From positions 12,836,001 through 12,900,000 of the forward strand of contig CM075988.1 in the NCBI GenBank assembly GCA_038087875.1: a stretch of 64,000 bases of DNA, in the 5' to 3' direction. Shown here piece by piece: positions 37,150 through 48,965 of the stretch (the first letter of the stretch is position 1; every line of letters starts with the position of its first letter). The stretch is from Malacoraja senta (taxonomy: Eukaryota). The notes below the pieces were generated by a model. The model saw only the letters and a program-made list of their open reading frames with translations. It was not told the origin of the DNA and searched no databases. The position numbers were made by a program, and so were the translations under genes.

Positions 37150-39700
37150 AAATGTTAACTGTTTCCTTTTCCACATCTGCTATCTGATCTACTGAATGTG
37201 TTCAGCATTTTAAAAAAATCAGATTTCGAGTATCAGCATTGCTTTAGAGTTTCACCTCAATTGGATATCGGCTGATATTGAGCTTGTCCACCACAATGCT
37301 GGATAAGTTGCTGACGGACACACCAATAGCATGTTTGCCTCAAGCAACATGTGATCTCAAGACCATAACTCAGTTGGCAACCGTCACTAATGAACAAGAG
37401 GTGCATCATCACAGTGGTCGCCAGTGGAAGGGTGGGCACGGATGACGTTGTCACTTTTGGGAGGATCACCTTCCAGTGGAGACAACACAACATTAAATTC
37501 CCGTACCATTGTTTGTTGTCACTCGAGCCCTCCCTTTCTCCAACCCCACTGTTGCCTATTCTCCCATTCCAGGAAAAAGGACCATTTGAAAACAATTCAG
37601 ACAACTGTTGGTCTTCAGGTGGTCTTTTCAAATACATCCAGCAGAGGAAACATACATTGATTCGGTTGCAGTCATAGTTCTAGGCCATCAGATATGTCCT
37701 CACCTTCCTGAATGTGCCCCATTTATCTTCAGATGCAAACTGAACCTGTACTATTACAATTGATGACTATCCTTCACTTTTTTTTTCAATATATAGGTCT
37801 CACTGTTCAGACCAGGAAGGATAGATACTTAGGAAATCCTTTCCTGCCCAGTTTAGTTTAGTTTAGTTTAGTTCTTTAGTTTAGGAATAGTTTACACTGT
37901 CAAGTTCATGAAGACCTCCATTAAACTTTGTGACCATATCATTCTGACAGCCAAAACATTGTTAAAACAGAATGCACTTACATATTTGCTGTTGTCAAGT
38001 GATTTTATTTTCAAAGTGTCTGTTTCTTTTTTTGTATTCATTTACGATACGATACAATATAACTTTATTTATCCCAGGTGGGAAATTGATCTGCCAACAG
38101 TCATAAAAACACAAAATACGTGAAACATGAAATTAAAGTGATGAGAGGAAAGGCTTGGGGGATGTGCAAAGATTAGGGGGGGCGGTGGTAGTTGGTCTCA
38201 GTCTCAGTCTTGCCCACGACAGAATGGGGAGGAGTTGTAAAGTTTGACACCCACATGGAAGAAGGATCTCCTGTGGTGTTCTGTCCAGCATCTTGGTGGA
38301 ACCAGTCTATGCTCATGAGGTCAACTTCATAAAAGAAATAGAAGCAATGTAATCAGATGGTTATGGTGGTACACACCGTATACTGAACCCAGTGTTAAGA
38401 TGGAAAGGCGAGTTAGGTTCATGAAAAAAATTTAACCACAGATTTCTTGCCACCCTTCAAAGATGTAACATCATGTCCCTAAAGCAGACATGAATAAAAT
38501 AATAAAAAGACAGAATTTACTGGAAATTCATAGTAGCTGCAGCCTGACATACTGCTCTCTTAATAAATAAAACATATATTTATAGATATTTATTGTATTA
38601 CAAATGTTATCCTGTGGTGCTATTAAGTCTTGCTTTTTGCAAAAATCAGATTAATTGGCAATAATTTCCACCTTTGCAGATTATTAGTATAGAAACAGCA
38701 GGGGGTACCAGAGATAACAATAGTTAGTGAATACACCTGTTTGTTTGCAGCCTGCTGTTGTTTTAGGTACTGATGAGGTTAAGTCTGAGAAATAAAATGT
38801 GAACATTTATCCTTCACTTGGAATTTGAAATATTGACTCATAAGCAGAATTCTGAAAGTGTCTATGCTGCCCTTTATAACAATGTCTTTGTGCAATTATC
38901 GTTTGCTGGTATATCGAAGAATTACCTAAGTCTTGCAGCTTTTTTTAGGGTGTGAATGGATAAAAGCACCATTGGAATTATTTGCAGATGCTTTGTTCCC
39001 TTTCAGGAAAAGAATGTGCAGCGAGAACCATTTGTGTGTCCTGATGAATTTTCACTTCGCAAATGTACATGCCACCTCTTGTATTTAGCAAAATGCAGTG
39101 GAAACTAAAGGTACTGGCAACACCTCCGCCAGAATTAACCTGGGGTGCTGAATGCTGGGGCCAAAAACAGCACAAACTGTTGCCTCGATTCAAAACCAGT
39201 ACGTGAATGTCACTGGCACCCTCCAAGGAAAGCAGGGAAGGCAGTACTGATTAAACTTCCAGGTCATTTTTGCTCAATATTCAATTGGCATACCATGGAT
39301 TAAAATACTAATCGTGAAGACAAATGGGTGGGAACTCAGGCACAAGCACCTCTCCAAAGAGAAATGCTTGCCTGTGAAATGGTGTGATATAGATGACACA
39401 GTGATAATTGGTGTTAAACTGAAGGTGTTAACTCTTTACTGCTAATTGTAGTTATGACTTTTTCCCAGTTCAAATCCATGATGCACTTTCACGAACAATC
39501 TGTAATCATTATGTTTCAGGTTCATTTTATTGCATGTGTGTTGCCATTAGCATCACTTTGCTGCTCAGTTCCATGACTAAGGATATGTAAACTGTATTTT
39601 TTGGATTTCTTTTCCTTCCTTCCTTCCTTCCTTCCCTCTACTTCCTCACCCTTCCTCTCCCCACCCCCTCCAACCACCTCACAATTTTCTCCGATTATAG

Positions 39701-39736
39701 AAGTAAATGAGCCTACGAGCTCGACCCAGATTCAAG
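39701..39736 (+). CDS. OPCML: Candidate alternatively spliced 36-nt stalk micro-exon (EVNEPTSSTQIQ)
   Basis: Long pyrimidine tract (~39595-39692), acceptor attatag|AA, donor CAAG|gtcagt, symmetric phase 1-1, no stop. The peptide resembles the ELNEPTSSTLLQ cassette I recall in neurotrimin isoforms. Confidence 0.75.
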
Positions 39737-40038
39737 GTCAGTACGGAGCACTGTCATTTCTGTGGCTGCATCTTCTCTGCTGTTTTTCTCTATTGCATGA
39801 GGGGATGGGGACCTCTTTCAGCACTGCCAGCGGGTTCATGCAGTCTGCAAATAAATATATTAAGCTACCTTGGAAGCAAAGAATCAACAACAACACATAA
39901 TTTGACCGGGATATTTTCTTCAGAATATTTTCATTACTACTTGCAACAAGAGGAGTGGAATAATGGTTCTTAACCAATAAAAGTCATACCCCTTTACAAT
40001 AGCTGTAAATAACGCTCCGATTTAACTGTTCTACAACG

Positions 40039-40146
<108 letters not shown>

Positions 40147-43100
40147 AAATTTAAACAGTATGAAACATCAATATATTTCCATCTTGTACCAAGGACTGCT
40201 GTATAATCAAGGTTCTATGGGTACTCAGGACAGATGTGTTAAGAAAAACTCTTTGGCTGACCACCATTGTTTTCAGATGACCAGCATTAGATGGCAATGG
40301 AGGCCCTCACCATAGAATGTTTCTCCATTGTCTGCTTAAGGCTCCATTTTGACTGCTTGAGTCAAACCTCCATTTTGCAACATTAAAAAAATCTTGCCAA
40401 CTATTAATCAGAATTTATTGGTAATTTAGTTATTTCTCATATGGGAAGTGAGAAGGTGAAGAAGCCGAGCCGAGGGTTTCTACAAGCTGCCTTCAGTTGG
40501 CCTTAGGCAGAATTCACTGATGCCTAGAAATAGGGGTTGAGATTCATGTCCTGCCAAATCCACTCCGATTATCTGTGAAATTGTACAAAAATACAGTAAA
40601 AACAAACTATGCTGATGGCTGTGTGATTCTGGCTAAAATGACATTTGCTGTGCTAGCAAGGAGCTTAAAGGACTCTGCCCTGGTTGCCGCTGTAGAGCAG
40701 TAGAAATGACCGTCATGGAAGAAAGGGAAAATGCAATGGGAGGCTAGAGGTGCATAGTGACCTCCTGTGTATCTGGCAACCCCCCAGCCCCCCTCTATTA
40801 GTGATCCAAGCTGATCAACTCCAGGAGTTGTCAGAAGTGGCCCCCAAGCCACTACAAGTTGGTGATCGCAGCAAACATAGAAACATAGAAAATAAGTGCA
40901 GGAGTAGGCCATTTTTCTCTATGAGCCAGCACCGCCATTCAATATGATCATGGCAGATCATCCAAAATCAGTACCCTGTTCCTGCCTTCTCCCCATATCC
41001 CTTGATTCCGTTAGCCCTAAGGGCTTTACAGTATCCAACTCAACACATCAGCACAACCATTGCTCTGGTGCAGTTTCAGTATTCCTGAGCATTGCTGTAT
41101 GCAACTTATTCAAGTCAAAACGGAAAGCCATTAGCTGGTGTCATTGTGCCCATTCCTGCATGATGAGGAAACAGCAATAGGTGTTGTTTACCTCCAAACG
41201 TTCCAAGTTCTGCAGGTTGAGGAGGAAACGTGCACCTATCAATCCATCACTTCAGTCAATGTGTGCCTTACGTTAGACAAGCATCAGCCATGCTGGTGTG
41301 AGTTGAGCACTGATTTCTAATGGACTTTAGTTCACATGGATGTGGCCAACTATTGTGATGAACTGCGGGTAGAGCTGCTATGCCATTGTAAATGTGCTCA
41401 TGGGATCCACTATCTTGCGTGGAATTCCAATTTGTTAGCAAATCAAAAACCATTCTAAGAGGCCGTCAGGGCAAACATAACTCTTAACAAAAGGAGCTAA
41501 AACAACAGAACAATTTATTATGAGAAGCAAAAATTACTTTAATAAATGAACATGATATCAAACCTTCTGATGAAATTAGTGTATCTAAAATATCTTACAT
41601 AATAAAATTCTCAGTGGCTTGCTGTATATTATATTTCCTTTCCGAAATTCAGTTCCATTAACTTTAGCGGAGACAGATTTTGGACGCACAGTCATTTCTA
41701 GATCCTCTGCTCTATTACTTGTGTTGTCTCTGTAACCATGGACAGGCTTCCACCCCTATCATACACGGGAAATTCTTGCTGTTTAAGGATAATATGTTGA
41801 AAGAAAATAATACTGTTTGATCCATTCCCTTCACAGACCATATGCATGGAATCAACTTCATCATTCATTTTACCCAACTCATTTGTTCAATTGTGGAAAG
41901 GCTCTAAACAAAATTTTTATTGGACCTAAGCAGAAGACATTGAGCAAACTTCCACAACTTTTATCCATAACATCCAGTTTCATTGTTTTTGTTTTCCTCA
42001 TCATTACAGCCGTATGAGAAAACACACATTAAAAATTTAGAGAACAATCAAACTCGATGACATCCTCAATGCTGCTGCAAATGTTTGATTAATTCGGTTT
42101 CCACAAGTCAGTCGAGTATGAATTCTGTGTAGAATTATTGCATATCCACCAAAATACCGTCACACGTGCTCTTTCATATTCAGCAAGTCATTAACTCAAT
42201 AGTTTAGAAATATAGTGGTCCCTATTTTCCAATAGACTTCACAAACTACTTTGTTTGGACATCAATGGTCTAAGTGGAAGTGCTTTCAAGCAAAGCGCCA
42301 TTATCCCTAAACCACCAACAAAAACTTGCAGAAGGCTAATGTTAACCCTAAAGCTCAAAGTTACATCATGTTAACAGTTGGAGTGATATGGGATTCCCTT
42401 CAAAGACCCTAAATCATTCCCATCACTTTAAAAAAACCATGATATGAATTCCTAATGGATATGCATTGCACTAATACATCCGGTGGTCTGCTTACAAACC
42501 TTACCTCAGTGTTTACATGTTTCAAGTATCTTGAAAGATTAGTGCTGGAACCAAAGATATGAATGTCTTAGTTGAAAGGGCTAATGATACAAAGTTGGGT
42601 GGGAAACATTGATGTGAGAAATCAATGGACTGCAATGGAACCTAACCGATTAACTAAGGAAGTAGGAAGGGTTGGCAGATGAAATGCTGGGCTGATAATA
42701 ACCCCAATGAGAGAAGTGCTTCCGTAGGGAATGGCTATGCATCTGTATTTTGATATTCAGCACATCTTTGCCTTATGGGTCTATGCATTGTATTACACAC
42801 ATTGGAGACATGTTAAAAAATGTAGCCTAGTGGCTCTGACCTCAATGCATCACTAGGCGCTAAATGGCATCCAGTAATGGTACCTGAACATTTTACGCTA
42901 TGGGGCTGGATGCACTTCACATCTGGTCCCTCAGTTTATGTCAGGTTCCCATTTGGATCGAGTCAGAAATCAGCTCTAAAAAAGAACTCTCGGGTTAATT
43001 CTTTGTTTTTATGTTTTTTTTATTTTACTTCATATGTGTTTTACATGAATTTACTGGTTTTGAAAGTATATTTTCTATTCTTTAATTATCTTAGTCAGTT

Positions 43101-43296
43101 TAAATGCCTCTGGACATCAGATTACAAAATAGTCAACTCGCATTTGATAGCATCCTGCTCACAAAGGCACTCGTTGCAAATTATGGGGGAGTGGGGTCTT
43201 AGGTTCTGCCAGATCTCCACCTGTGGGCCTCTCCACTTTTGGAGGAGTGAAGTCATCAGTGTATCATATTTTACAGGAGCCAAGTGCACTCGTAGG

Positions 43297-43512
43297 GTCA
43301 TAGAGTCATACAGCATGGAAACAGGCCCTTTGGCCCAACTTAGCCGAACAACATGCCCCATATATACTGGTCCCACCTAGCCTATAACTCTCTAAACCTG
43401 CCTTGTCAATGTTGTTGTCCGAATGACTCTTAAATGTCATGATAGTACTTGCCTCAACTACCTCCTCCGGCAGCTCGTTCCTTACACCCACCACCCTTTG
43501 TGTAAAAAAGTT
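43297..43512 (-). mobile_element. CR1 LINE 3' fragment
   Basis: ORF 43306-43494 encodes VGVRNELPEEVVEASTIMTFK; CTCTATGAC tail. Confidence 0.78.
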
Positions 43513-44571
43513 AACACAGACACGACCCAGCCCATATTGAATTTTAGTCTGAAGAATTCAAAAGAGAATATGTTTTAAATGGCAAAAACTGTTGAATTTT
43601 GTTACTCAAGCAGGTCTACATGAGCTTGTGCAGGAAAGCAAAACATGCAAGTAGAGAAAATAATCAGGAAGGTGTGTTTAAAGGGGATTTATAACAAGAG
43701 TAAATAAATTTGGCCTTCAATAAGAGGCCATTAAATTGGTTCCCAGCAAAAGTCAAGTTGAATTTATTATCATTGGCACAAGGGTGGTGAGATGCAGGTG
43801 CAATGAAAATATTGTTTGCAGCAGCATTCCAGGTATATAAACTCAAGAGAACACACAAAAACATAATTTATACTTGAATTTTTCAAGAACAGTGAAAAGC
43901 CAAAGACTATAAAAGACATTAGTGCAAAAACACTGTGAGAAGACGTCCATGATAGTGCAAGAGGAGGTCTGTAGCATTCTGTTGTCAAGGTTGGATTAGA
44001 GTTGTGCAGATTGGTTCAAGACCTGATGGTCGTAGGAATGTAGCCGTTCTTGAACATGGTGGTTCAGAACTTCAGGCTACTGAATGTTCCAATCCGATGG
44101 TAATCCCATCAGGGTTGTCCTACGAGGGGAGATCGAGCAGGATGAGCCTGTTGTGTTCAGAGCTCAGAGAAATGATACGTAATTTCACACTAACTGTCTG
44201 AGAGTGTTCAGTAACAGTTCCTGGATGATTCTGTTAGCCAGCCTAAGGAGTTGGTCATTTTAGAGAGAAACTAGACTAAGTGGGACCCGTTGGGTCCCAT
44301 GTTCACATGGGAGGGCTGGTCCCCCGACGCAATATTCCACCTCTCCACCAATTCCAATATTGGTGGCCAGTGGTGGGGGGGGGGGGGGGGCTTTCTGGAG
44401 CGCTGGTATGGGTGCTGTTGGTTGCAGGGACTTCTGGTCTCCAGAGGGCTAGTATGGACATTTTGGGCCAAATGGATTCTTGGGGTGGCAGCTCAGTCCC
44501 TCAAGCATGATGTGCTGGCAGCTCACTCACGGCTGGTGGGCTGGCAGTTGACTCACGGCTATTCCTTGAAA

Positions 44572-44878
44572 TTCCATTTCAAGCAGAGTGCAAGGCCACC
44601 AAATTCAAATCCATTTTCCTACCATTTCTAGCAGGGTGCAAGGCCACCAAATTCAAGTGCAGTTTGTTAGCTCTTCGAGCAGGGTGCAAGGCCACAAAAT
44701 TCAAGTGCAGTTTCATACCACTTCAAGCAGGGTGCAAGGCCACCAAATTCAGGTTCAGTTTCCTACCACTTCAAGCAGAGTGCAAGGCCACCGAATTCAA
44801 GTGCAGTTTCATACCATTTCAAGGAGGGTGCATGGCCACCAAATTCAAATGCAGTTTCATACCATTTCAAGCAGGGTA
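44572..44878 (+). repeat. 48-bp minisatellite, about 6.5 units
   Basis: AGCAG(A/G)GTGCAAGGCCACC recurs at 44582, 44630, 44678, 44726, 44774 and 44822. Confidence 0.92.
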
Positions 44879-45254
44879 AAACCACCATAAAACCACACAA
44901 AACACCACTCACAGTTCAGTAGACATTCAGTGTGTTCAGTTGATTCACAGCTCAGACAGAGTCGTGACCTCCCCCTCCCCCATCATGCAGGGACTGAGCC
45001 ACACCCACACTTCCGGGTTTTATAATCCCTCACCCTCCCACTGGAAAAGGTGTGGCCTTCATGGCGTGATTCACAGGAGAGAGATTCTCAACATTTTTTA
45101 AAGACTAATAACACTTTTATTATTCATTGATGGGAAGAATCCTCTGCACCTGATGAGTGGAGGGGGACTGAGTAAGATGGCCAAAAATCACAGCCGTAAG
45201 TGGTAGCATTTTATCTAAAATCAATATAGAGCAAACAGGAAGTTGTCAGTTTTG

Positions 45255-45665
45255 CCAAACAGCCATTTGCAGTGCATTTCCACTTCAACCCAAACCCGCC
45301 CCCCCCCAAACAGCCATTTGCAGTGCATTTCCACTTCAACCCAAAACACCCCGCCCAAACAGCCATTTGCAATGCATTTCCACTTCTACCCAAAACACCC
45401 CACCTAAACAGCCATTTGCAGTGTTCCCACTTCTACCCAAAACACCCCACCCAAACCGCCATTTGCAGTGCATTGCCACTTCAACCCAAACAACCATTAG
45501 CAGTGCATTTTTACTTCAACCCAAAGAACCATTAGCAGTGCATTTTACTGCAACCCAAACAACCATTAGCAGTGCATTTTTACTTCAACCCAAACAACCA
45601 TTAGCAGTGCATTTTTACTTCAACCCAAACAACCATTAGCAGTGCATTTTTACTTCAACCCAACC
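45255..45665 (+). repeat. Minisatellite shifting from ~48-51-bp to 35-bp units
   Basis: CCATT(T/A)GCAGTGCATTT...ACTTCAACCCAAA repeated about 10 times. Confidence 0.9.
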
Positions 45666-47184
45666 ATATTTTCATTTTCAAACCACATTAAGGGCACTCA
45701 CAGTTGAGTAGACATGTGTTCAGTGTTATTCAGAGCTCAGAGAAACAGAACTCTCTTGCTTCCTCGATCTTGCAGAGACTGAGTGAGGCACACCACTTCC
45801 TGGTTTTATAGTTCCTCCCCTTCCCTCCAGCAGGGGCAGCAGAGAGAATGTCAAATTATTAAAAAACATTAATATCTCTCTGATTTTTCATCGATGGGAA
45901 AAATCCTCTGGTCCAGGAAGGCGGAGGGGGGCTCTGAGCGAGGTGGCCAAAAATGACGGCCGTAGGTGGCGGCGTTCTCTCGGAAATCACGCCACAGCGA
46001 GCCAAAAGCGGTCAAGATCAGACTTTTAGTAATATTGATATACAGAAATATTTCCCCTGTTTGTGAATCTTTGGACTTCACCATCCCTGAGGGCTGTGTG
46101 TGCTTAAGGCTGAGACTGAACTACATTTATTCACTTAGGGAATAGAAGGACTTGAAGATCGGATCATCAAACTGACTTGTGGCTTTCTCCGATTCCTATT
46201 TTTGTGTTGATATTCTTGGCTTTTCATTCACTACTTCCAAATTAGAACGGGCAGGAACATTCCAGTTCAGAGCTAACCCAAATGACATTTATACTGCTAG
46301 CAGATGCCAGAATAGTGCTATGTACCTCTTGAGAAGTGAATGCATGTCTTCCAAACGCTAAGAAATTACATCTTTACACATAAAAAGTGATAAAGGAATC
46401 TTTGATCACCAAGATGTTCAAAAGATACCTGGAGGTTTTGCAAACCTTGACACTGCATTTAATTTGCACTTCACACAATATTGATTAAAATATCCTTTTT
46501 TCAACTCCTCCATTAATGTCTTCATAAGTACCAAACATATTATATTCCAAATATGCAGAAGTGCATAACAGGAACTGAAGCGTGTGAGTTAAAATAAATC
46601 CTATCAATGTTATTAACAATATTTTAACTTTATTAATTTAATCAGGATTATGAATTCAACATACTATTTTGGATAATATTTTGGATAATCCATTCCACCG
46701 CTAGTTCATTCTGTTGGAACTGCACTCCAATATCAGAGTAAATTTCAATCCATTTAATGCTTCATTTACCTTCTGCATTAGGCTCTGTGAAGAAAAGCAG
46801 AAATTATGTTTTAATTGTAATTTCTAGTTGAAAAATAATCCCTTAGGCTTCATTTGCTATGTCAACTTCATTCTAACATGTCATGCTTTTCAAAGACATA
46901 TTGTCCCAAGATATAAACATAAGATACAAAGTTATTTTGTAATAACGTAAAATAAATCATTTTTCAAATCATTTGAATAGGTGAATAATTAGCTAAATCA
47001 ATAATCTCAGGATACAACACCACTGATCAATCCTTGCTTATTAGATTTAATCATGTTACAACTCATGACCAAACATTTGTCATTTGAAATTCATATTTAT
47101 AGCTTTACGGGAATAATTTTATTCAAAAATATAGAGAAGCATCTTTTAAAATAATCCAGTGTTAAATAAAAAGCATCAAACTAA

Positions 47185-47620
47185 GTTTGGACATTTGGAC
47201 AGGTTCATGGATAGATTAGGTTTAAAAGGATATGGGTCAAACACAGGCAAATGGGACTGGTGTGGATGAGGCATGTTGGACAAAGTGGGCAAATTGGGCC
47301 AAAGGGCCTGTTTCCACACTGTATGACCTAAAAATGTGCATTATCTTCTAAACCAAGTGTGTATTTGACTAGAAGGCTTGGAAATTAGAAAATTAGGAGT
47401 TTGCATGTCCTCCGGATGGTCTGGTTTCCTCTCACATCCCAATGCCGTGCAGACTTGTAGGTAAATTGGCCTCTGTAAATTGTCCCTAATCTGCAGGGAG
47501 TGGATGCAAAAGTGGGTTAACATAGAACTAGTGTGATCGGGTGATCAATGGTCGGTTTGGACTCAGTGAACAGAAACCTGTAATTCCACGCTATTTTTTA
47601 AAAATTAAACCAAACTAAAC
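47185..47620 (+). mobile_element. CR1 3' fragment followed by a 5'-truncated V-SINE
   Basis: TTGGACAGGTTCATGGATAG...GGGCCTGTTTCCACACTGTATGAC, then GGAGTTTGCATGTCCTCC V-domain. Confidence 0.7.
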
Positions 47621-47946
47621 ATTTAGAATAATATATAAAGATTTCCCGAATTAACATTTATCAGAGATGGTACATGACACTAAATTAATATATTTTAACA
47701 TTTTCATCATTTTTACCATCAGAAAATTGTTATCTGATCTGATGGGGGTCATTGTTTCCCCCATTTTACCATTTTACTCAAATTTCCAGTTTATACACAA
47801 ACATCTTGCTTGTTTGAAGTAATATGCCTTTGACAATTACTAAATTTGGCAGGAAGACCATGGTACAATAAAGACCTGTCAATCTCCCAATTAATGCTTT
47901 GTTAAAGAAAGTTGAGAGTAATTCATCATAGTTCATTGTTGTTAAT

Positions 47947-48078
47947 TTGAAGAAGGGTCACGACCCGAAACAACACCCATTCCTTCTCTCCAGAGATGCT
48001 GCCTGTCCCACTGAGTTACTCCAGCTTTTTGTGTCTATCTTCAGTTTAAACCAGCAGCTGCAGTTCCTTCTTACACAC
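47947..48078 (+). mobile_element. Penelope-derived insertion starting at the hammerhead motif
   Basis: TTGAAGAAGGGTCACGACCCGAAAC...; flanks TCATTGTTGTTAAT / TCATTGGTGTTAAT. Confidence 0.7.
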
Positions 48079-48197
48079 TCATTGGTGTTAATGTCGGTTT
48101 GAGTTTCACCTGCATATATTTGGTTCCATTACAGTGAAAAGCAAAAAAGTTATCTGCCTTTGATACAGGTTTCAATTTTCAATGCCATTATTGCAAG

Positions 48198-48965
48198 TTA
48201 AGAAAAATGTGAGGTGTTACATCTTGGGAAGTCTAACATGGGCAGGACATACACAGTGAATGGTAGGGCTCTGGTTAGTGTTGTAGAGCAGATGGATCTA
48301 GGAGTGCAGGTACATAGTTCTCTGAAGGTGGAGTCGCAGGTAGATTGGGAGGTCAAAAAGGCTTTTGGCACATTGGCCTTCATCAGCCAGAGTACTGAGT
48401 ACAGAAGATGGGAGGTCATGTGGCAGTTGTATAAGACGTTCGTGAGGCCACATTTAAAGTATTGTGTTCAGTTCTGGGCACCGTGTTATAGGAAAGATGT
48501 TGTCAAGCTGGAATGGGTACAGTTAAGATTTACGAGGATGTTGCCAGAACTAGAGAGTCTGAGCTATAGGCTGCGACTCTATTCCTTGGAGCGCAGGAGG
48601 ATGAGGGGTGATCTTATTGAGGTGTGTAAAATCATGAGAGGAATAGATTGGGTAGATGCACAGAGTCTCTTGCCCAGAGTAGGTGATTTGAGGACCAGAG
48701 GTCATAGGTTTATGTTGAATGGAAAATATTTAATGGGAATCTAAGGGGTATCTTTTTCACACAACACGCTGCCAGAGGAGGTAGTTGAGACAGGGACTAT
48801 CCCAACATTTAATAAACAGTTGGACAGATACATGGATAGGGCAGATTTGGAGGTTAATGGACCAAACGTGAGCAGGTGGGACTAGTGTAGCTGGGACATG
48901 TTGGCCGGTGTGGGCAGGTTGGGCCGTAGGGCCTGTTTCCACAACGTTTCCTCAATGACTCTAAG
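48198..48965 (+). mobile_element. CR1/HER1-like LINE 3' fragment
   Basis: ORF 48214-48744 encodes LHLGKSN...DLGVQVH...VRPHLKYCVQFWAP...SLERRRMRGDLIEV. Confidence 0.92.

Larger units (their letters stand above)
44271..46038 (-). mobile_element. Non-autonomous Helitron with internal minisatellites
   Basis: Minus strand 5' TC (TCAATATTACTAAAAGTC) and 3' hairpin GGGACCC-AAC-GGGTCCC 7 nt before the terminal CTAG; inserted between A (44270) and T (46039); no target-site duplication. Confidence 0.8.

Noticed and set aside
42877..43380. 167-aa ORF
   Set aside because: No recognisable domain, AT-rich low-complexity middle, and it runs into an antisense CR1 tail.
44572..45665. Repeat arrays as a CRISPR-like locus or repetitive protein (SRVQGHQIQVQF...)
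   Set aside because: Head-to-tail minisatellites without unique spacers, inside a Helitron in vertebrate DNA; the ORF is open only because the unit is 48 bp.
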